Virus record (IMG/VR): IMGVR_UViG_3300037286_000248
Coordinates: 1-31,238 of that record
Source of the DNA: a virus
Taxonomy: Duplodnaviria > Caudoviricetes
Length of the DNA: 31,238 nt
Strand: one strand, 5' to 3'
Shown here: piece after piece, positions 26,785 to 31,238 of the stretch
How positions within the stretch are numbered: the stretch's first letter is position 1
How the letters are laid out: each line of letters opens with the position of its first letter
The notes under the pieces: generated by a model
Database searches by the model: none
What the model was told of the DNA's origin: nothing
Seen by the model: only the letters and a program-made list of their open reading frames with translations
Position numbers and translations under genes: made by a program

Positions 26785-28223
26785 AACATTTCCTTTCGAT
26801 CTTCCTCGCTGCGCCGCTCCTCGCCCAGGTGCCCATCAACTCTGACGTCTCGGTGAAGGGCGCCCTCACGGCCACGGGCACGCTTACGGGCTCAAGCCTC
26901 GTCTCCTCGGCCAATGGCGGCGTCATGCGCTTCTTCACGCAGGGCTCGGGCCAGGCGAGCATCCTGCCCTCGGCAGATGCACCTGGTTACACCACGCTGG
27001 ACATCCTGTCGGTGTTTTCGACCACCCGTCTGGGCCAGGCCCGGCTCCGCGTCTATGGCCCGGCGACGACGGATTGGACCCGGTATTCGCTGCTTACGCA
27101 TGACGGGACGAATGGCTTGGTTGGCACTGGCTCTGGCGGCCTGGTCTTCTCACTGGCCGGCGCCGAGCAGGCGCGGCTCACCAGCGGCGGCAACTTCCTA
27201 CTGGGCACCACGTCTGACACTGGCGAGCGCCTGAAGGTCCAGGGCAACGCGGCGCTCAGCGGGACCCTCGCCGTTGGTTCCACTATCACCGCGCCGACGT
27301 TTTCCGGCAATCTTACCGGCAACGCTTCGACGGTCACCAACGGCGTCTACACTACCGGATCCTACTCCGACCCCTCTTGGCTGATTCTCACCAAGAACAA
27401 GGTCGGACTCGGCAACGTTGAAAACACCGCGCTTTCGGCCTGGGCCGGAAGCACAAGCATCACCACCCTAGGGACAGTCGTCACCGGATCTCTGCCTTGG
27501 GCCAACGTCTCCGGCAAGCCCACGTTTACTTCTTCGAATACCGCAGGCGCCGTGGTCCAGCGTGATGGGTCCGGCAATTTCTCCGCCGGAACGATCACCG
27601 CCAGCCTCACTGGGAACGTCACCGGCAACGTCAGCGGATCAGCTGGCAGCGTGGCGTGGGTCAGCGTCTCCGGCAAGCCGACGTTCACTTCCGCCAATAC
27701 GGCCAGCGCCGTGGTCCAGCGCGACGGGTCCGGCAACTTCTCCGCTGGCACGATCACCGCCGCCCTCTCGGGCAACGCCTCGACTGCCACTGCCCTGGCC
27801 GCCAACGGAGCAAACTGCTCCGCCGGCCAGGCAGCCTTGGGCGTCTCCTCGAGCGGCGCCGCCGAAGGCTGCTATGACCCGAACACCTACCGCTCGGGCC
27901 AGATCAACTTCGTCTATGGCGGCTCGGCCTCAACCGCCATCGACGCCACCACGGTCAACAATCTCTGGCGCGCGCATGCCCATCAGGCCACTGTCACTGA
28001 GGTCGCCTGCTGGACCGACTCGGGCACGGTCAGTCTCACCATGAAGGACTCCGCTGGTAACGCCGTGGCCTCGGCGCTCACCTGCAGCACGTCGGGAGCC
28101 AGCACAACCACCATCAACGCCTACGGCACGCTCACCTACGGCGAGGGGTTGGGCTTCACCACGGCCTCGGTGAGCGGCGTGAAGAACCTCTCGGTCTCGA
28201 TCAAGTACACGAGGAGCTACTGA
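26781..28223 (+). CDS. Fibre/adhesin-like protein with predicted N-terminal signal peptide
   Basis: MKHFLSIFLAAPLLA|Q; fibre motifs ARLTSGGNFLLGT, TKNKVGLGNVENT, WxxVSGKP, VVQRDGSGNFSAGTITA, GNASTATALA; 4 Cys in the C-terminal third. Confidence 0.8.
   Translation: MKHFLSIFLAAPLLAQVPINSDVSVKGALTATGTLTGSSLVSSANGGVMRFFTQGSGQASILPSADAPGYTTLDILSVFSTTRLGQARLRVYGPATTDWTRYSLLTHDGTNGLVGTGSGGLVFSLAGAEQARLTSGGNFLLGTTSDTGERLKVQGNAALSGTLAVGSTITAPTFSGNLTGNASTVTNGVYTTGSYSDPSWLILTKNKVGLGNVENTALSAWAGSTSITTLGTVVTGSLPWANVSGKPTFTSSNTAGAVVQRDGSGNFSAGTITASLTGNVTGNVSGSAGSVAWVSVSGKPTFTSANTASAVVQRDGSGNFSAGTITAALSGNASTATALAANGANCSAGQAALGVSSSGAAEGCYDPNTYRSGQINFVYGGSASTAIDATTVNNLWRAHAHQATVTEVACWTDSGTVSLTMKDSAGNAVASALTCSTSGASTTTINAYGTLTYGEGLGFTTASVSGVKNLSVSIKYTRSY
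27496..27776 (+). repeat. Two coding repeats with 159-nt (53-aa) period
   Basis: WxxVSGKPTFTSxNTAxAVVQRDGSGNFSAGTITAxLxGN occurs twice; GTCTCCGGCAAGCC at 27507 and 27666. Confidence 0.9.
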
Positions 28224-28921
28224 TGCGGCTCGCCCTTCTCGCCCTCCTCCTCTGGCCGGCTGGCCTGCTGGCACAGACCAGCTTCGGCGTCCAGACCGGC
28301 AATGCAAACACGGTCCGAGGCATCTACCAGGCGATCCCCTACAACTGCTCCTCCTCTGAAACCTTATGGAATACGCCCGGACTTGCGGTGACATCAACGG
28401 GCTACATCTCGATCGAAACCTACGCCGGCTACTGCCAGCCGGACTTTGTCCCTTTCAACGGCGTTGCGGCCGACGTGGCGCTGTTCCGGTTTGACACCTC
28501 AGCCCTCCCGGACAACGCGACCGTCACCGCGGCCTCAATCAACATCTACGGAACGGCCCCGCCGCCCGCGAGCTTCGGCGGCCTGCGGCTCTATGCCAAT
28601 TACTGTGCCGTCACATCCTGGCCCTCGTCCTGCGCGCCCACCGGCTACCCCAACTCGACCGGCACGTATTACATCAGCAGTTGGAGTACCGGCGCTTCCT
28701 GGAAGTCCGTCCCGTTGGGCAGCCTCACCAGCGTCAGCAAGACCGGCCACACCGGCATCCAACTCCGGCTGTACGGCACGACGCTGAACTGGCCCGGATA
28801 CCAGCTCACTTACTCGATGCCCTTCAACGGCCCCTCGGCTGCGAGCAACAAAACCTACCTCTCGGTGACATACACCGTCCCCGGAGGCCCCAAAATCATC
28901 ATGATCGTCGATTCGGAATAG
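28223..28921 (+). CDS. Secreted beta-sandwich protein (DNRLRE/CBM96-like)
   Basis: MRLALLALLLWPAGLLA|Q; ALFRFDTSALPDNATVTAASINIY and terminal YLSVTYT patterns; 4 Cys. Confidence 0.7.
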   Translation: MRLALLALLLWPAGLLAQTSFGVQTGNANTVRGIYQAIPYNCSSSETLWNTPGLAVTSTGYISIETYAGYCQPDFVPFNGVAADVALFRFDTSALPDNATVTAASINIYGTAPPPASFGGLRLYANYCAVTSWPSSCAPTGYPNSTGTYYISSWSTGASWKSVPLGSLTSVSKTGHTGIQLRLYGTTLNWPGYQLTYSMPFNGPSAASNKTYLSVTYTVPGGPKIIMIVDSE

Positions 28922-28929
28922 GAGAAACC

Positions 28930-29268
28930 ATGGCCGGAAAAACACTCATCACCTTCGCGCAGGAAGGCCTCGATCCCATCACCTTCGAGGTCTCCCCGCA
29001 CATGATGGACAAGATCTACCGGAAGATCGAACGGACAAACCAGAGCGCCGTCCTCGGCACCCAGATCACCGGTGCCGCCGACTGGTGGCTCCGGGAAACC
29101 TCGGACAAAATCATTCAGCCGCTGCTTGCCGAATTCCCGGATCCGGACCTTGTGGGTGTGGCGGAGAGAATGGTCCGGATCCAGGCTATCCAGGCCGAGA
29201 TCGAGGAGATGAAGCGGCATGCCTTCGTGCTGCCGGTCTCGGTGGCCAAGGCGGAAGGGGGCATGTAG
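28930..29268 (+). CDS. Hypothetical phage protein, 112 aa
   Basis: AGGAGA RBS before the ATG at 28930; C-terminal coiled coil. Confidence 0.75.
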   Translation: MAGKTLITFAQEGLDPITFEVSPHMMDKIYRKIERTNQSAVLGTQITGAADWWLRETSDKIIQPLLAEFPDPDLVGVAERMVRIQAIQAEIEEMKRHAFVLPVSVAKAEGGM

Positions 29269-29271
29269 GCG

Positions 29272-29679
29272 ATGGAGTCAGAACACTTCAAATCAGCGGA
29301 ACTCCGCTGCCGCCACTGCGGCCGCGAAGGCGTCCGGCGCGAACTACTCGATGTCCTGGAATCGCTGCGTGCAAAGGCAGGGCCACTCAAAGTGAACTCG
29401 GCCTACCGCTGCCCCAATCATCCCGCCGAAGCGCGCAAGTCGAAGCCTGGCTTTCACGCGCGGGGTCTCGCGGCGGATCTCGTGCCGCTTGCGATGTCTA
29501 TACGCGCCCTCTATGAGGTAGTCCGGGCGGAGCCGCGGATCAAGGGCATCGGCGTAGATCACGCCGCCGGCTACATCCACGTTGACGTTCGGGATACTGT
29601 CGAGTTGGTCCTATGGGTCTACCACGACGGTACTGCCGTCGTGACTCAGCATCCCTCTCCGGAGATGGTGCATGGTTAA
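29272..29679 (+). CDS. Peptidase M15A (Zn D-Ala-D-Ala peptidase fold), probable endolysin
   Basis: FKSAELRCRHC, NSAYRC, HARGLAAD and GIGV...YIHVDVR motifs with H-D-H zinc ligands. Confidence 0.9.
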   Translation: MESEHFKSAELRCRHCGREGVRRELLDVLESLRAKAGPLKVNSAYRCPNHPAEARKSKPGFHARGLAADLVPLAMSIRALYEVVRAEPRIKGIGVDHAAGYIHVDVRDTVELVLWVYHDGTAVVTQHPSPEMVHG

Positions 29680-29926
29680 TCAGATGAAGTTTGCTGTGAC
29701 TCCGGCGCAGGTCGAGGCTGCCAGATCCAGGCTCTCCGAGGCCGGATACCCACTGTCGGGCGACGCCGGCACCGTTGAGCAGGACGGCTATCGGATCGGC
29801 TACACACTCGAGCATGGCTTGCTTCTGCTTGAGTTGTTCGCCAAACCGAGGTTTGTGCCGATGCTTGCGGTGAAGGCCAAGATCAGGTCGCTGCTATCGA
29901 GGGAAGGGATCTCCGAGGTGACGTGA
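29672..29926 (+). CDS. Hypothetical protein, 84 aa
   Basis: Overlaps the endolysin stop; no clear transmembrane segment. Confidence 0.65.
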   Translation: MVNQMKFAVTPAQVEAARSRLSEAGYPLSGDAGTVEQDGYRIGYTLEHGLLLLELFAKPRFVPMLAVKAKIRSLLSREGISEVT

Positions 29927-29954
29927 GGACCCGAGAGCCTGGCTTGCTTGCGTC

Positions 29955-30172
29955 AGAATACTGCGGATGCTCTCCAGGAGATCGAGTTCCCGCGCCGCCT
30001 GGCGCACGCTCCTTCCGTGCACCCGCGCTGCCCGGCGGATCCGCGCACACATTTTCACTCTGGAAACTCTCCATGTTCAGCAAATGCACTAAGCCCACGT
30101 TGTGCGATTGCCTGCTCAGAGTTGGACTACTTTGCCACGGCAACGTGCCCTGCTCACGCGGCGTCAATGACA
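29955..30172 (-). pseudogene. Decayed IS21-family left end with an IstA N-terminal fragment
   Basis: Minus strand begins TGTCA (30172) followed by two related ~21-nt units; frame 30064-29955 reads RVKMCARIRRAARVHGRSVRQAARELDLLESIRSIL, resembling the IstA N-terminal HTH. Confidence 0.5.
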
Positions 30173-30385
30173 CTGGTCTTGTCCCTAAAGTCCACTCGGC
30201 AGCGCGCAGGTATTCCGTCCCCCTGTCCCGCGATCGCTGAAGCCGTCACACAGCGGCTATGATGGCAGCGTTTGCTTGTTTTGGATGGTCAGCGACGGCC
30301 CAGCGTAAGGTGCGGTGGGAGCGGCGCTCGGGCCTCCTGCAACATTGGTGGCCAGAAGTGGTCCCGTTCTTCTCCGCCCTAGTGG

Positions 30386-30414
30386 TTCCGCTGCCTTGAC
30401 ACATGTGGTATAGT
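30386..30414 (+). promoter_or_regulatory. Sigma70-type extended -10 promoter of the last gene
   Basis: TG-G-TATAGT (30406-30414); weak -35 TTCCGC 17 nt upstream; AGGAGA RBS at 30430-30435. Confidence 0.6.
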
Positions 30415-30440
30415 CGGGCTGCTTCAATCAGGAGAATCAT

Positions 30441-31238
30441 ATGCTGCATCGCTTGGCCGCCCTCTTCTCCGCCATGCTTCTGACAGGGGCGGCTCTCTCC
30501 GCTCAGACCGTAACGGAGGAAAATCTTCTCGGTCTCAAGAGGAGCAATGCTCCCGACGAGCTCATCATCAAGGCCATTGCAATGGCCAAGAAGATCGAAA
30601 TCGACACGTCGTTTGAAAACACCGTGCTTCTGATGAGTAAGGGTGTTTCCCAAGCAGTTGTCAATGCTTTAGTTCAACGGAAAGAGGAGTTGGTGCCGCA
30701 GGCGACAAGTCCGGTAGCGTCAACAGCCCCAGCCAACGGCAATCCGCTGCAAACTGTCGGTGTTTGTCCGCAGCGCGAGGGAGCTTACTTCCTCTCCCCT
30801 TCGGGATGGAAAAAGATGGAGCAGGCTCCGTTGCAGGAGATGTCTCAAAACCTCACGCGGGCCACAAACCCGTTTGGGAAAAAGACCACAGGATCCAAGC
30901 TGGACGGACCAGAGGCCCCGGTGAAAGTTGGACTGCAACCAGAGTTCTGCGTCGTGGACAGCAGTGAGACCGTAGCACGCTCTCTTATGATTTTGAAGCT
31001 CGCCAAGAGAGGGAAGAATCGTGAGTTGACGACAAGTTCGAGCGGCGTTTTTCGGCGCACGAAGATTATGGAGTACGACAAGCTTGAGAATCTTCAGATC
31101 GAGCGAAAATCAGAGCGCGAGATCATAGTGAAACTCCCCGGTGAAATCCAGCCTGGAGAGTACGCACTGATGATCCGCAGCGGCCTGGTATTCGATTTCA
31201 GCGCGCGCGCTGCCGAATCAGATGCAGCTCAAAAGTGA
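30441..31238 (+). CDS. Secreted hypothetical protein (moron or host gene)
   Basis: Signal peptide ...AALSA|Q; N-terminal helical domain (DELIIKAI...IDTS...GVSQAVVNAL), P/T/A linker, beta domain ending PGEYAL...VFDF; lower GC than the phage genes. Confidence 0.8.
   Translation: MLHRLAALFSAMLLTGAALSAQTVTEENLLGLKRSNAPDELIIKAIAMAKKIEIDTSFENTVLLMSKGVSQAVVNALVQRKEELVPQATSPVASTAPANGNPLQTVGVCPQREGAYFLSPSGWKKMEQAPLQEMSQNLTRATNPFGKKTTGSKLDGPEAPVKVGLQPEFCVVDSSETVARSLMILKLAKRGKNRELTTSSSGVFRRTKIMEYDKLENLQIERKSEREIIVKLPGEIQPGEYALMIRSGLVFDFSARAAESDAAQK

Larger units (their letters stand above)
1..29926 (+). mobile_element. Prophage late region (lambda-like head module, siphovirus-type tail); continues left beyond the window, right boundary uncertain
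   Basis: Contiguous, often overlapping + strand genes in canonical order terminase-gpW-portal-protease-decoration-capsid-neck-tail tube-chaperones-tape measure-tail tip-fibres-endolysin; no sheath gene recognised. Confidence 0.95.

Noticed and set aside
23657-27776. Repeats considered as a CRISPR array or a DGR template/variable pair
   Set aside because: All are in-frame coding repeats differing mostly at synonymous positions; no unique spacers, no adenine-specific mismatch pattern and no reverse transcriptase in the window
30396-30401. Perfect TTGACA as the -35 of the last gene
   Set aside because: Only 7 nt from TATAGT, so the spacing is incompatible; the extended -10 reading is preferred
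29883-30653. Several 96-135-aa ORFs in the gap after the last phage gene
   Set aside because: Mutually overlapping, Cys/Pro/Arg-rich, no RBS; better explained by the IS remnant and promoter DNA

Overview
High-GC window occupied almost entirely (about 1-29.9 kb) by the late region of a lambda-like, long non-contractile-tailed prophage. The host is probably acidobacterial, inferred from the style of the signal peptides and of the last secreted protein. Gene order: 3' end of a DNA methyltransferase; two small + strand genes; a reverse-strand cassette of four small genes including DUF3489; terminase small and large (gpA) subunits; gpW; lambda-type portal; S49 protease with a probable nested scaffold start; decoration protein; capsid E; neck and tail-completion genes; tail tube; a G/G-T chaperone pair with a clear -1 frameshift signal; tape measure; distal tail protein; a 2043-aa fused tail-tip/fibre protein; several minor tail genes; M15A endolysin; a decayed IS21-like left end; and a separately promoted secreted protein. 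Two things stand out. (1) A reverse-strand 541-aa protein with an N-terminal HEPN-like RxxxxH motif is inserted between the tail chaperone and the tape measure, flanked by a palindrome and a potentially structured non-coding segment; it is a candidate prophage-borne anti-phage RNase system. (2) Two translationally coupled genes in the tail-fibre position encode a fibre-like and a carbohydrate-binding-like protein with apparent cleavable Sec signal peptides and paired cysteines, suggesting an exported, periplasm-matured fibre/adhesin module. All family assignments come from motif recognition and synteny, not database searches. No integrase, CRISPR array, tRNA, rRNA or reverse transcriptase is visible.
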